From Camelus dromedarius (lineage: Eukaryota): a DNA stretch of 64,000 bases. The notes below the pieces were generated by a model, which saw only the letters and a list, made by a program, of their open reading frames with translations, searched no databases and was not told where the DNA came from. The position numbers and the translations under genes are program-made. Positions 14,600-27,509 of this stretch are shown in pieces (positions within the stretch are counted from its first letter, which is position 1; every line of letters begins with the position of its first letter). The stretch covers positions 45,386,001 to 45,450,000 of the forward strand of contig NC_087447.1 of NCBI RefSeq assembly GCF_036321535.1, in the 5' to 3' direction.

Positions 14600-14750
14600 T
14601 CTCCCACTCGGCATCCAGGTCAGAATGATAGGGCTTGTCCTGCCCTGGTGCTAGGCTGACTCACTCCAAGGCCTGGCCATGGGAGGGGCCCTCTCAGGGC
14701 TCCGATAACACTATCTGTAGGGCCAGGACCCAGGATGGGTGGCCTCTCCC
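14600..14750. promoter_or_regulatory. LCR hypersensitive site HS4 core
   Basis: AP-1/NF-E2 motif GCTGACTCA (14655-14663), then the inverted GATA pair GATAA-cac-TATCT (14704-14716) about 40-50 bp later; matches the conserved HS4 layout as recalled from human. Confidence 0.8.
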
Positions 14751-14807
14751 CCCAAGGCCCTGAGTAGAGTTTGCTTATTTCTGTATTTAAATGGCATATT
14801 TATTTTT

Positions 14808-15120
14808 TTCCTCTGCTTTAAAAAAAATTTTTTAATTGAAGTACAGTTTACAATATTGTGTCTTTTTCTGGTGTACAGCACAATGTTTCAGTCATACATA
14901 TACATACATATTGTTTTTCATATTCTTCTTCATTATAGGTGACTACAAGATACTGAATATAGTTCCCTGTGCTATACAGTAGAAACTTGTTTATTTATTT
15001 TATATATAGTAGTTAGTATCTGCAAATCTCGAACTCCCAATTTATCCCTTCCCACTCACTCCTTTCCCCCCTGGTAACTGTAAGTTTGTTTTCTATGTCT
15101 GTGAGTCTGTTTCTGTTTTG
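14808..15120 (-). mobile_element. LINE-1 3' fragment immediately downstream of HS4
   Basis: L1 3'UTR flanked by the 20-bp direct repeat TAAATGGCATATTTATTTTT (14788-14807 and 15121-15140). Confidence 0.8.
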
Positions 15121-15719
15121 TAAATGGCATATTTATTTTTAAAGAAATAACCAGGAGCCCCCCAGCCCTGGCTGCGGCCTGGAAACTACCTAAGATGTTG
15201 TAGATTCCATCTCTTCCTTCTCCCGGAAGGAGCACAGGTAAAGGCAAAGGGGCTCAGGGATAGTGCCAGGGAGAGCAAGACAAGAGCTTCGAGTCCCAGC
15301 CTGGGTATTTCCGTGACAAATTAAATCAGACTTAGAAAGTCCCCACCCTTCTCTGAGCTTCAATTTCCTCTTCTGTAAACAGCATTTACTCTAGTAAATG
15401 GCCCTTTTGCTAAGAGAAAATTTCTGTTGGTCAAATTCATGAACCCCCTCAACTCTCAAACCAGGACTGTCCTTGAACCTAACGTGTCTCAATTAACACA
15501 GCATCCTCAGGTCCTCTCGTTCAGCCATGAAATTCTCCTGTTTACCCAGGCCCCCTGGGAACTGGATGCGTGTGTGTGCTGGCTCCCGTGAGGAGGAGAA
15601 GGGATGCCCCTTCCCGTCCCTTCTCATACCTCTAGGAAAGAGCTCGACACCCTCCCCACATCACCATCTCCACTAACTCTTTTCAAATTTTCAACCCTTT
15701 ACTGCAGGGGAGTCTTAGG

Positions 15720-15930
15720 GAGTAGAGAACAGCGGTTAAGAGCAGACTCTGGAATCAGACTGTCTGAGTGGCTGAATCCAGCACCTCTTACTAGTTGTAT
15801 GACTCAGTTCTCCCACCTGTAAAACAGGGTTTTAACATCCTCCTAAGATTGTCGTGACATTGACTTAGTTAATATACGAAAAGGGTTTAAAGTAGTGCCT
15901 TACAGATGCCAAGTACTCCAGAAACATTGG
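15720..15930 (+). mobile_element. MIR SINE (ancient)
   Basis: ggttaagagcagactctggaatcagac...ctcagttctcccacctgtaaaacaggg...; MIR core. Confidence 0.6.
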
Positions 15931-17699
15931 TTTTTATTGTGTCTAACTGCAATCATGCTTGCTCCAGCCAACAACTATCTTATTCTGTACTTACATCTGT
16001 TCATTTAACAGTAATAACAAAATAACAGACATTTACTGAAGCCTTGCTTATGGGCTCGACATTGCAGTAAGTATTTTGCATAATTTAAATCACTTAACTT
16101 ATTTCTCTGAGGTCAGGGAAGAGTAGACCGATTGGGGAAAGGGTGGTGGCAAAGATGGCCGTCTTCAGTTAAACAGTTAGCTTTGTGAAGTCAAGGGCTG
16201 TGACTGTCTGACTCACTGTTATATCACTAAGATGTGTTATAATGAATGCAGTTGGGGTTTAACAGATGTGTGAATACTCCAACATGGAAAGGTTATCCTC
16301 TGGAACAGGGATCTGAGTTATACTTTATGACCAGGACAAAAGGATTTTCATTTGCGTTAGAACTTTGTACATATTCTGTTGTCTAACAAAAAACCAGGGC
16401 TCAGTGGAAAAGCCAGGCACTCCTTCCCATGAAAGAAAGGGCTTCATCTGTAACTGTATGAAATGGGTGTTTCAGAGGGAATTCCTACCCTAGGCAGAAG
16501 GTTGTTCTCGATGAATTCCCAGCCTCACGTAGCTCCGTGAAGACCTGTGCCGTTAAATTGTGTTCTCTGCTCCCCCACCGTATACACAATGACGGACGCA
16601 CAGGAGAGAGGGTTCTCCCCACACTTCTCAACTGGAGGAATCGAATTATCAAGTGGATGTGTTGAGGCAGATGGGGCAGCGGAAGAAGAAAGAGTTCTGA
16701 GTGAAGTGGAAACCACAACGCTCCCTCCCCATTCAGGGCTCCCGCAGATGGGAATTCAGTGCTTTGCGAAGCCTGGCTTAAAACCAGGAGCCCCACAGAT
16801 GAGGTAGAGGAGAGAGACGTGCTGCCTACACAGAGCAGGCTTCCTTCATGGGATGGGAGCCCCCTGCTCCAAACCTCCGAGACCCTCTTTTCAGCCTGTC
16901 CTGTCAGAATGTCCTCACCTCCATCCACAAACTGTTTCTCCCTGTCTGTGCCCCTCTTGGTTGTAGGAGTTCCCCCTGAGGAGACCCTCCCACTATCTAG
17001 AAGTGGTCCTCAGCTTCCTACTCTCAGTTTCCTAGGTCCAGGGGCTCAGGGTTCCTTCCTTACCCTCTGCCATTGACCATGATCCTCCCTCCTCTCCGTG
17101 AACCCTGCTGAGATCATCCATTTGATGATGATGCTTCCTTCAAGAAAAGACTCCTCTTATTAATGGCTTATCCCCAAATCCCATTCTAAATATCTGAAAT
17201 CCCTCTAAGTAAGAGAGAATGAGGGGGAGTAAAGGGTAATGAGGAGATGGAGAGTGAGTAGGAGAGCTGTGGGGGAAGATGGACAGGATGAATGGATGAT
17301 GAAATCTACCTCTCTTTACTGAGATCTGTTCTGTTCTAAAGTCTAATCGGTTAAGCTCCTGCTTCACAGTGTGTCATATTTCCTTCCAACCTCAACCTCA
17401 TACTAACTCCAGAAAATGGATACAATTCTTATTCCCATTTTTAGATGACAAGACTGAGCTCAGAGGAGTCAAGGCATGTGCCTAAGATCAGACATGTAAG
17501 AGGCAATCAATGACCGTTAGCTCTTGGACCCAAGTCAGATTCTGAGTCTACTGCTCATAAGCCCTTTGCTGCACCTCTGAGGAGCATTAGCTGGACAGGC
17601 CTGGGGAAGCAGGGGACGGGCTGTGGATGAAGGAGGTAAGCCTGGAGAAGCCGATGACTGTAACTTTGGGCACAAGAGTTTCTTAGGGCTTGACCTTCC

Positions 17700-17960
17700 T
17701 TGAGTTTTGACTCAGCAAACCCAAGGTCCCCTTAGTGACTTTGGGAGCTGGGGGGCAAGATGTGTTTATCAGAGGTCACAGAGAGGGCAGGGCCAAGGCT
17801 AGCTGCCAGATATCAGAGCCCAGAAGGGCTACAGGTCTGTGGGCTCTGATAGGTGGTGGTCAGGTTGGCGGCTCCGGGTGGAGCCATGCATCTCAGGGCA
17901 GATGGGCTGTGCGTACAGAGGTGAGCATGGGGAAGAGGAGGAAGGCACAGCCTAGCAGCA
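17700..17960. promoter_or_regulatory. LCR hypersensitive site HS3 core
   Basis: MARE TGACTCAGCA (17708-17717) followed by an E-box and GATA series (agatgtgtttatcaga, gatatcaga, ctgataggtgg) and GGGTGG; colinear with human HS3 as recalled. Confidence 0.85.
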
Positions 17961-20057
17961 GTTTACATTCTTCTACCATGTGAGACTCACCTTCCCTTCA
18001 ACCAGGGGCTAATGCCTTGATTCCTCTGAGCTTAGTCTTGGCATCTATAAAATACAGATAATAACTACATCTATCTTATGGGGTTACTGAGGATGAAAAG
18101 AGATACACACGGTCTGGACCAGTGATAGCAATTCAGGCCAGGGCTACGGGCTCCTTCAGGACCCGATGTCTCAAAGCAGCAGGTAAATTCTAGAAAATAA
18201 CACCAACCACTCTTGAAAAGGTAGAGACTGTCTCAAAGCCTGATTTATAATTTAACAAAGGCCTGATGCATTGTACAACAGGAGCCTTCCCCTCCCTCAG
18301 TAGGGCCATCTTCCCAGGTGCTGTGGTCACAGCCCAGAGCTTAGCTTTAGGGCTGAAACACCTGAAGCCACAGGCGGGATGAAGGTGGCTGACAGCAACT
18401 TTGCACTTTCAGAAAGTCTCACTTCACACAGAGTATGATTCTGAAGCATAAGAGGTCCACTAAGAATCTGACTGGAAGTTGAACAGGATGATTAAAGAAC
18501 AAGAGACCATAGGAGAGATACTTGGAGAAATAGAGGAGATGTAGTCTAGGGGAAAATTAAAAGGGGATGGGAATTAATACTTACTGAAATCTTTCTATAT
18601 ATCAAGTACCATTGTAGGGTATTTAAATAATCTAACTTAATATGGTAATTCTGTGAAGTATATGTCATGAAGCATACTGTAATTCATGCTAATGGTAAGT
18701 GATCTTTCTAGAGTATTTAGTATACACTAAGATACAACTTAAGTTCATTATATGAATTAACTTAATTTATCCTCATACCAATATTCAGACGTCCATTCAT
18801 ATTTCTTAACTGATGAGGAAACCAAGGCATAGAAAATGTAAGAAAATTTCTTGAAGGCACATACATAAAAAGTAGCCAGTTTGTCATCTGAAACCAGATC
18901 AAGTTGTCTGGGCTCCCCTACTGTCTAGGTTATGCTGTCTCTTCTTAAGTGTGGGGGGCTTGAACATCAAAGGGGTGGAATAATCTGCGCAAGGGCACAG
19001 AGCTAGCAAGCAGTGAAGTGAAGTTAGAATGTGGGCCCGGTTCTGCTGTTACTAAAAAGACTGTGCTCTTTCTACAACAGAACACCAACCCAGACACCCA
19101 CTGCGGGCCCAAGAAACAGAAGTGGGCTAACCTGCCCCTGCTCCCCACTTTCATGCCTCGGAGACTGCAAATCAGGGCTCAAGCCACAGCTGCAGACTAT
19201 GCCTCCTCAATATGGTTGCAGCTCCTTAGAAACATGTGGAAGAGAAAGAAGGAAAGAAAAATTTGGAAACAAGTTCAGAATAAAAAAAGACTCTCTCTAG
19301 CTTAGACTACAGAGATTGTTGGATTATAGGTCATGTGTGGGTCTCCAAGAACACTGGAGGTCCATACTGGCACAGATGACCTCTTGACCCCTTGACCAAC
19401 TGCAAGTTTGGTTAAGGAAGAGAATATATTATGTTTTTTAGGCCTAACCCACTGCCTCTCTCTTTACCCTGCAGTGACTTGGAAATTCACTGTCCCTAAA
19501 CATATGCATATCTATATTTAAGTCTGTGTGACATCTTAATTAGTGCCAAGCACTGAGAACATGAAACCATGTGGGCAGCAGTGCTGTGGTGATGAGGGAA
19601 GAATACAAAAAATAAGAAGTTCTGCAAGGGCCCAGCACCTCCCTTTGCAGAGCTAGACCATGAAAGTCCTCTCAGATGCTACCAGTGCAGGACCCTGCGT
19701 TGTATGTTAACTGCTACAAAATCAGTTTGGGCTTCACACTCTTTCTCACCTGCAAGCTAAGTAGGAACACTGGGCATCAGTACTGTAGGAGTCTTCTATC
19801 TTCTGTGTTGGGCTAAGCTCTCCTACTTCCTTGCTCTCAAAAATCAGCCATGAATGTTCTTCCTTCTAAACCAGAAGGTAAGGTCTGACACTGGCTGGGA
19901 AGACATTGACTAACCAAGGAACATGAGGAAGAAGGACTCTATGAGAGGGCAAGACTAAAGGGAATGGGTGAATGGGAGTGTCAGAGAGAGAGAATGTAGA
20001 CCAGAGTTGAAACATGATCATTTCTTGCCTAAATATCTCCCATAAAGTTGTTTTGAA

Positions 20058-20216
20058 GGGGAGGATAGAGCTCAGTGGTAGAGTGCATGCTTAGCACTCT
20101 ACCACTGGGTTCAATCCCCAGTACCTCCATTAATAAACAAACAAACAAACAAACAAACAAACAAACAAACATACCTAACTACCCCCCCCCAAATAAACAA
20201 ACAAACAAGCAAACAC
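20058..20216 (+). mobile_element. vic-1-type SINE with (AAAC)n tail
   Basis: GGGGAGGATAGAGCTCAGTGGTAGAGTGCATGCTTAGC...GGGTTCAATCCCCAGTACCTCC...CCTAACTACCCCC. Confidence 0.85.
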
Positions 20217-20292
20217 AAATTGTTTTGGGAGGTCTAAACAATGTTTGGGGAAAAAAAAAAAAAAAACTCATGGATCTGCTGCCAACATTTAA

Positions 20293-20442
20293 CTGTATTT
20301 TTTTCCCCGAGGGGAGGTAATTAGGTTTGTTTGTTTGTTTGTTTATTTATTTATTTATTTAAAGTGGTGGTCCTGAGGATTCGATCCAGGACCTCGTTCA
20401 TGCTAAGTATGCACTCTACCACTGAGTTATACCCTCTCCCCT
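20293..20442 (-). mobile_element. vic-1-type SINE
   Basis: Reverse-complement SINE body; perfect 16-bp TSD TGCTGCCAACATTTAA at 20277-20292 and 20443-20458. Confidence 0.9.
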
Positions 20443-20464
20443 TGCTGCCAACATTTAAATCAAG

Positions 20465-20872
20465 AAATGCCAGGCACAGAAAGGAACAAAATGCATGCTC
20501 TCACTCATAAGCAGAATCTAAAAAAGCTGAATATGTAGAAGCAGAGAGTAGAAAACTGGTTCATAGGGTGAGGCGGTATGAGAAATAAGCAGATCTTGGC
20601 CAAGGGTACAGATCTGCAGGTACGTATGATGTGTAAATCCAGATCTAATGCACAGCCAGATGACTATTCTTAGTAGTACAGTACCAAATACTGGAAATTT
20701 GCTAAGAGAGTAGATTTCAGACACTCTCATCACATACACAAAAAATGGTAACTGTGAGGAAAAGATCGTTAATTAACTTGACTGTAGTAATTATTTTACT
20801 GTGTACATGTAGATCAAATCATGTTGTACACCTTACATACATACATTTCTATGTAAAAAGAAAAGAAAAAAA
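20465..20872 (+). mobile_element. Older LINE-1 3' fragment (L1M-like)
   Basis: ccaggcacagaaag...ctctcactcataag...ttgctaagagagtagattt...atcatgttgtacacctta, then an A-rich end. Confidence 0.65.
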
Positions 20873-21734
20873 TACTCAAAGTATCTGCACTTCTAATCAT
20901 CATTTGGAAGTCAGATGAACCCTGATAGTTATATGTGAATACTTATTATAATATTGTTAACAACAGATAATACTTAGTGAGCATATACTGTGTCCCTAAC
21001 TCTTGACACAATAAATTGAATTAATTTTCATTATTTATCCTATGAGTTAAATAATGTTATCATCGTATATTTCAGAGACATGGAGACATTAAGAAACTTG
21101 CCCAAGGCTACATAAGAAGTAGGTGGTGTTAGAATTACTGAAACCCTCCCAGTCCCTCATGGCAACATTGGGCTAAAGCACTGGTGGCCATATTTGATCA
21201 GGAGTGGGCTTGTATTCTTTGCAACCCCTGCCTGACACTCTATTCTTTTATGCGATTTGCCTGATCCCAGTAGGCTTAGGAAACCTCCAGAGTAGAAAAG
21301 AGGAGGAAGGGAAAGCTTATTGTGGTGAGTGATGAAATCTGTTTCTGTGACCATATGCACCGGTGGGGCTGCTCCTCTCTAAGACTAAATCACTCTATCT
21401 CACTGTATTTTAGCTAGTTCTATACACCTTTAAGTATGGAAAATATTACAATATTGCATGGTAATCAACTATTCTTTTTGATTGGGACTCCTGGAAGGCA
21501 AGGTACATATCTTATTCTTATTTATCCTTCAAGTACTGAAATTAGAATCTAGCATATAGCAGCTGCTCACATTTACTGGATGGCTATCCTGTCTACGGGC
21601 CCGGGCCCCTGTATCTCCTCCAGCCATTCATTTGATTAAACAAGCTGCAATTTCCCCCTAATTCATATTTCATTTTCATCTAAGGCTCCATCACTGCCTT
21701 CCCATAGTCTAAGCCCAGACATTCCTGTCAGGGC

Positions 21735-21910
21735 CCCAGCCTGAGTCAATGCCCTGCCTCCTATCTTCTTGGTCTGCATAGCCTTATAGGCCAGCATCTG
21801 GCCCCAACACAGCCATGCTGAGTCATGCTGAGTCATGTTGAGGCTCAGGGTGTGTGGCCAGATGTTCTCAGACTTGAGTGATGACTGCTATCTGGGTCCC
21901 CAGCAGGAGG
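21735..21910. promoter_or_regulatory. LCR hypersensitive site HS2 core enhancer
   Basis: Tandem MAREs TGCTGAGTCA-TGCTGAGTCA (21816-21835), then AGGGTGTGTGG, E-box CAGATG and GATA site CTATCTGGGTCCCCAGCAGGA; the hallmark HS2 sequence. Confidence 0.95.
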
Positions 21911-22828
21911 CTTAGAGGACAGATGGCAAGAAAAGGAGAAGTTGACCCCTGACCATAACTCCACCCCAACCAACAACATGAAGAGAAAGGAATCTCTGAA
22001 GCAGAATGTGACATGTCCCAGAACATATTCCCTTCTGATTTAAAAAGGTATTTTTGGCCATCCTATTGATGCTATAAAATGATCTGTCATTGTTCATCAA
22101 ATATTTATCTTTCAGATAGTGTCTCAAACCTAGAAGCAGAAAAAAAAATTGTCAGTACATGTGTATGGATTTTTAATTCATAAAATATATAATCATTACT
22201 TAAACGTGATCAGAGTAATTTGAAGAATAGGACCTTTGCTAGTGAGGTCTCTCACCCTTTCTCACGTACTATGTAACTCAAGGCCCAACCTTAGTTTCCT
22301 CCTGTATATAAATATGTGCCAAGGCTGGATGTCTTAATAATTTTTCCAGCTCTCACCTTTCATACTGCATACTTACTTGCCATGTCCTGTAGATATAGAC
22401 TGAGATATGAGTATGAAGGAGGGAGGCATGAAACAGAGGAAAAGGAAAATATCATTGACCCTTTTAGGGTGCCCCCAGACATCTCGATGACAAAGGGTCT
22501 GTGCTCTTAGAGGGACCATGCTCACATGCTGGTCAGATCTGCCCAGGAATGCCACTCAGGAGCCTCAGTTTACGGAAATATCTCAGGCCAGTCCTGGTGC
22601 TCCACTCTTACTGGGAAAATGTCGGCAACTCCAAGTCTGATAGGGAAGAAACATTCCTTGAGGAGAGCTAATAGGGTTCACATGTGTCAGTAACTGTCAA
22701 GGACCACTAAGGGATGAAAACCATGAGATGGCGCCTGGAGAGAGAAAAACCAGAGATTAAGGGATCCAGGAAGACCTCCAGAAGAATGATGTTGAAGTAG
22801 GCTTCTACAGAAGTTCATGGGGGAGACC

Positions 22829-22906
<78 letters not shown>
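22829..22906. repeat. Poly(A) run (about 28) followed by (TA)~25
   Basis: Directly visible. Confidence 0.95.
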
Positions 22907-22909
<3 letters not shown>

Positions 22910-25559
22910 TTTTTTAAATCAAAAAGGTGAAATGACTTGAGAAAAAAATTTAAAAAGAAGGGCAGATAGATTAGTGCAACTGAACCATGGGGAATTTTCA
23001 AATGAACATTTGATTTATTTAATCCACTGAGCTTTGTGAGGTGACAGGCCCCAGGATACCGAGGGCCCATTACAGGCCCTAGAATATACTTGGCATAGTT
23101 GTTGGTATTTGTTGGTGAATTTGGTATCTGTGATCAGTCTCCTGGGCTTTGATAGAAGCACAGAGAGAAGATTTAGTGATATTATGTTAAAATGTCCTTC
23201 TTGATTCAAGTGTACGTCCATAATTAGAATAGAGACAGGGAACATGATGCATGTCTAATGAAAGTGTAGACATTAAGGAAGGAAATCTACCCGAAGAGTG
23301 TTTATAGAGATGACAGAACACAGAGAGTGAGTGAAGTGTGTAGTAACCGCGCGAGAGGCCGGAAGAGGAGAATTTTAAATCACAAATTCATGGGAAAAAA
23401 AAAAGTAATGGAGAAAAAAAATCCAGGCATGGGATTAGATGAGACTAGTATAGTTTGGGTTGGGAGAGATGTTTAAAAAGATGGTATTAGACCAAACATG
23501 AAAGTTGTACCTAAGTAACCAGACAATTATTCATTTCCTTCATAGTACAAGTAAGTGTATGTAGCTTGATAGCTGAGAGCAAAGCGTTTATAGGTCAGGT
23601 GCTCTTGGTTTGTGTTTTCCTTGGGAAAAGTAAAGAATCATTTTGAGTCTTTTATTATACATAAAATGTGAGTAGTCGTTTCACTTATATCTTCTATTTG
23701 TTATGATGACTATTGTATATTACATACCAACTACTTAAAAGTGCCTGGAACGTATCACATATGCAAGAAGTAACTACTATTTTTATTGCTATCCTCACTG
23801 GTGTGTGCCAGGCAATATGGTAGGTGCAAGAGATACAGAGAGAAATAGCAGGGATGTCGTGTGTCCCCCTAGGATAATCAAGTGAACAGAATTGGTAGGA
23901 GAGAGACTACAGATGGGTTCAGGATCCCATCTGAGAAGACATTTCATTCCAAGCCAAGGTATGTCAATATTAGCCTTCTAGGCCAATAGGAAGGCGATAA
24001 GGATTAGAGATTCGACACTAAATTAAAAGGTTGCATCTGTAGAAAAGAAAGATACTTTTTTGTCCAGAGAGGTGGGCGAGAGTCATTCATACATTTATTT
24101 AGAAAGCAAGTCCAGAATACTGCCCTATAACAGGCTCTGTGTTAGACTCAAATGTTATCAGTGTGAATAAAACATGGCCATGGAACTTAAACAAATGCAT
24201 ATATTTTGGTGTGGGGGGTTAATTATTCAGGTTCATAAATGATTTTTACTGCAAAATAATAACTGTTGTGATGAAGAAATGGACATGGAAGCAAGTCATT
24301 CTGCCAGCATTTATTCACCAAAGGGATAAATAAATGAGTGATGATATGGGACAACAGGAAGTTGAAGTAAAGAGATGAAATTAGTAGGAGACTGAAATAG
24401 CGGGTGTCAGAAATGATGGGGTTATGAATCAGAACTAGGAGAAGGAAAGGTGCCCTGTTTCATCAAGGCCCAAGGTAGTCTGCTAAGGTCTAGTGGAAAA
24501 TGGGATGAAAACACAGGCACTTGGGGAACCAGCTAGAATTTAGTCTTGGGCAGAAAGTTCAGAACTCACAGAAACTCAAGATTCAGAAATAAGCAAGTCC
24601 TGAGGACTAATTCTGAGCTAGAAAAAGCTAGATTTTCTTGCAGAAATTATTGAACCCATGTGGAGTTAAGGCTCTAAAATTTAAAAAGAAATTACTTAAC
24701 CTGTATATAATTCAGATGCTAAAATTTATCCATCTTCAAATATATTAGCTTCAGATTTCCTAAGGAACTGGCAGAGCTTTGGGATTTGTTTGTTTTGTCT
24801 GTTTACTTGTTGATCCCAAAGAAACCATTCAAGGGTATCCCCATGCCCTTGAACAGTGGTTCAGAGCAGATGACGAACAAATGTTTGTTAAATACAGTTA
24901 GGGATGGACTCTGAGGGCCACAATCTAAAAGGTAAGCCATGGCCAATAGTGACAGATGCTACATCACAGCCTAAGGAAATGCATTCTTATTTTATTCTTT
25001 TAGCAAAAGATAAAGATAGAAGTTTCCTAACAGTTCAGCCCTCCAGCTTTTCAGTGCCCACAGTTTTGTTTTTTATTTGCTTCTCTCTTGTATGCCATAG
25101 ATCAATGCCTATACCTGAACTATTTGGTCAAGGTTCTGTTCACTACTGATCCTTCCACTGTCTTGACCATCTTATCTTTCTCCGTGCAGCCCCAGAAAAA
25201 AAATTGGGTCTTTAATCAAGGGCTCAGATCAAAATTTTATATGATATTCTAGGAGATCTTATTACAGATCTCCAAAATGGTCCAAGGAAAGAGATTGAAA
25301 TAGGACACACACATAACTGTAGCAAGCTGGAAAACAAAGAGATCACACAATCCTTAGGGATCTGACAAAAGGAAGATTCCAAAGAGGAAGGGTTGGAGAC
25401 ATGCTTAGTTGCCCTTGATTCTTCCTTGTTTCAGGAAATGTGTTTTGACATTCTGCACCTGGTCCATTGTCTGAGCAATCTGCCCGATATTCAAAAATAG
25501 CACTTCTGTTTAGCCTCTGAAATTCACTCTTCCTTCTCAAGGCCATGTCTTCAACCCCA

Positions 25560-25710
25560 GGCCTCTGAACTGGCTCACACTTTATCATTTCTTCACTGAA
25601 CAGGGGGACTGTCTCCTGACCATTATCTCTGCCTACGTTGTCTGTTCCTGCCAACACCTACCAGCATTGGCTTTCTCAATCACAGAGTTGATCCTGCCAC
25701 ATCCCTTTGG
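25560..25710. promoter_or_regulatory. Possible HS1 region
   Basis: Two WGATAR sites on the minus strand (TTATCA at ~25582, TTATCT at 25623-25628) in non-repetitive DNA about 4.9 kb upstream of epsilon. The call is mostly positional. Confidence 0.3.
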
Positions 25711-26876
25711 GATGGGGTTGGGGAGTCAAAATCTTCCTACTGCCTTCAGGGTAAGTCTAAAGTTCTCAATCTTTTATGTAGATTAGCTTTGTTGAGATGT
25801 AATTCACAGACTGATTCATTTAAGCATACAGTTCTTTGATTTTAGTATATTCACAGTTGTACAGCCATCACCATGAGGCCAACTAGAGCTATCTAGACCT
25901 CAGCAAGTAGGACCTTGATAAGATTATAGTTCCGAGGTGCAGCCCATTTATTTTGCAGGTTGAGACTGACTCTTGAAGGCTCATTCTGTTCAAAATAAAA
26001 GGCACAAAAGCCTAAAATAGAAACCGGTGTACTTATTTATTAATTTATACTGAGATTTATAACTGGAATGTTTACAAATATAAATATCTTTGTGAGCAAT
26101 AAATTATTTTCTTATATCAATCAGGTGAATGTAGAGGAAATAAACTTTCAATTCACATAGCTAGATGCAATTCTGCCGAGTGATTATCTTATTTTTTGTA
26201 ACAAATATCTCCTTTATATTTATTACTCAGCTATCTCATACATATGTATTATCTTTTAAGGCAAATTTATGTGTGCACAGAAAATACATGCTTTTCATGT
26301 TTCAACATTGTATATTAATTAAAAAAATTTTTAACACCTTTACTGTAGTATGGTTCCTACGTAGTAAACCACACATATTCCAGGTGTACAATCTGATGAA
26401 TTTTGATAGATGAGTACACCAATGAAAGCACTACCACAATAAAGATAGCTAACATTTCCACCAAGAGATCATCTTGCCAATAGGATCAGATATGGCTTTT
26501 TCATCCATCTTCAGGGAAAGGATAGTTTTGGGCTGGACACAAACATTATGTGAGGTTCAGAACATCTCTAGACTCAAAAAAACTAAGCCAACAAAGCAAC
26601 CTTTCTTTTTCTGTACTTTCCTTGTTGGCCAAATCTCTAATGATAAACAGACTTCTCTTTATACATCAGAACACTCCATAGATTATAGCTAAGAGCTTCT
26701 GGCCTAGGAGTCATTCTGTCTCTTTCAGGTGATTTTCAGTCTCTCTTTTCTATCACTAAATTTATTCTTAATCTTAATTGAACTTGGAGAATGAAATTTA
26801 TTCCCCTGGCTCTCTAGGATTTGCACGTAATCTAGTCACTATAGCCTTCATATTTTGACAATACTCACACATTTGT

Positions 26877-26878
<2 letters not shown>

Positions 26879-26921
<43 letters not shown>
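26879..26921. repeat. (CA)~21 microsatellite
   Basis: Directly visible. Confidence 0.95.
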
Positions 26922-26922
<1 letters not shown>

Positions 26923-27269
26923 TACACAGAACATATTTATCAGGCATTTCTGAACAGTTAACCATGCAAGACCCACAAGCACCAATCCACAATCTTTTTC
27001 AATTTTCTACTTGTACAGAATCCAAGGACAGGGTCTTTGAAGGCAGTAGGAGACTCTGGCTCTCACTGTCTCTAGTTAGTCCTCTCCTTTGCTACTGCTC
27101 TGTGTAGTCCTGAGCCCCTATCTATGCCCACAGTTTCTGACCACACCCAGCTATCAGCAGCCCAAGTCCCCAGGAGGAGAAAAACACTGGCTCTGTTGAT
27201 CTCTGTTAATTTAAAACAAAACAGAATAAAATAAATGTTTCCTAAACCCCAGAAAACAAATGAATAAAC

Positions 27270-27509
27270 AAAGAGAGGAAGAAGGAGAAGGAGAAGGAGA
27301 AGGAGAAGGAGAAGGAGAAGGAGAAGGAGAAGGAGAAGGAGAAGAAGAAGAAGAAGAAGAAGAAGAAGAAGAAGAAGAAGAAGAAGAAGAAGGAGAAGGA
27401 GAAGGAGAAGGAGAAGGAGAAGGAGAAGGAGAAGGAGAAGGAGAAGGAGAAGAAGAAGAAGAAGGAGAAGAAGAAGGAGAAGAAGAAGGAGAAGAAGGAG
27501 AAGAAGAAG
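27270..27509. repeat. 240-bp pure-purine compound repeat, (GAAGGA)n/(GAA)n
   Basis: No pyrimidine on the + strand across the interval; hexamer blocks flank a (GAA)n block. Confidence 0.95.

Noticed and set aside
16485..17076. Overlapping 60-147 aa ORFs in the LCR
   Set aside because: No recognisable protein similarity or exon structure; expected by chance in GC-richer DNA
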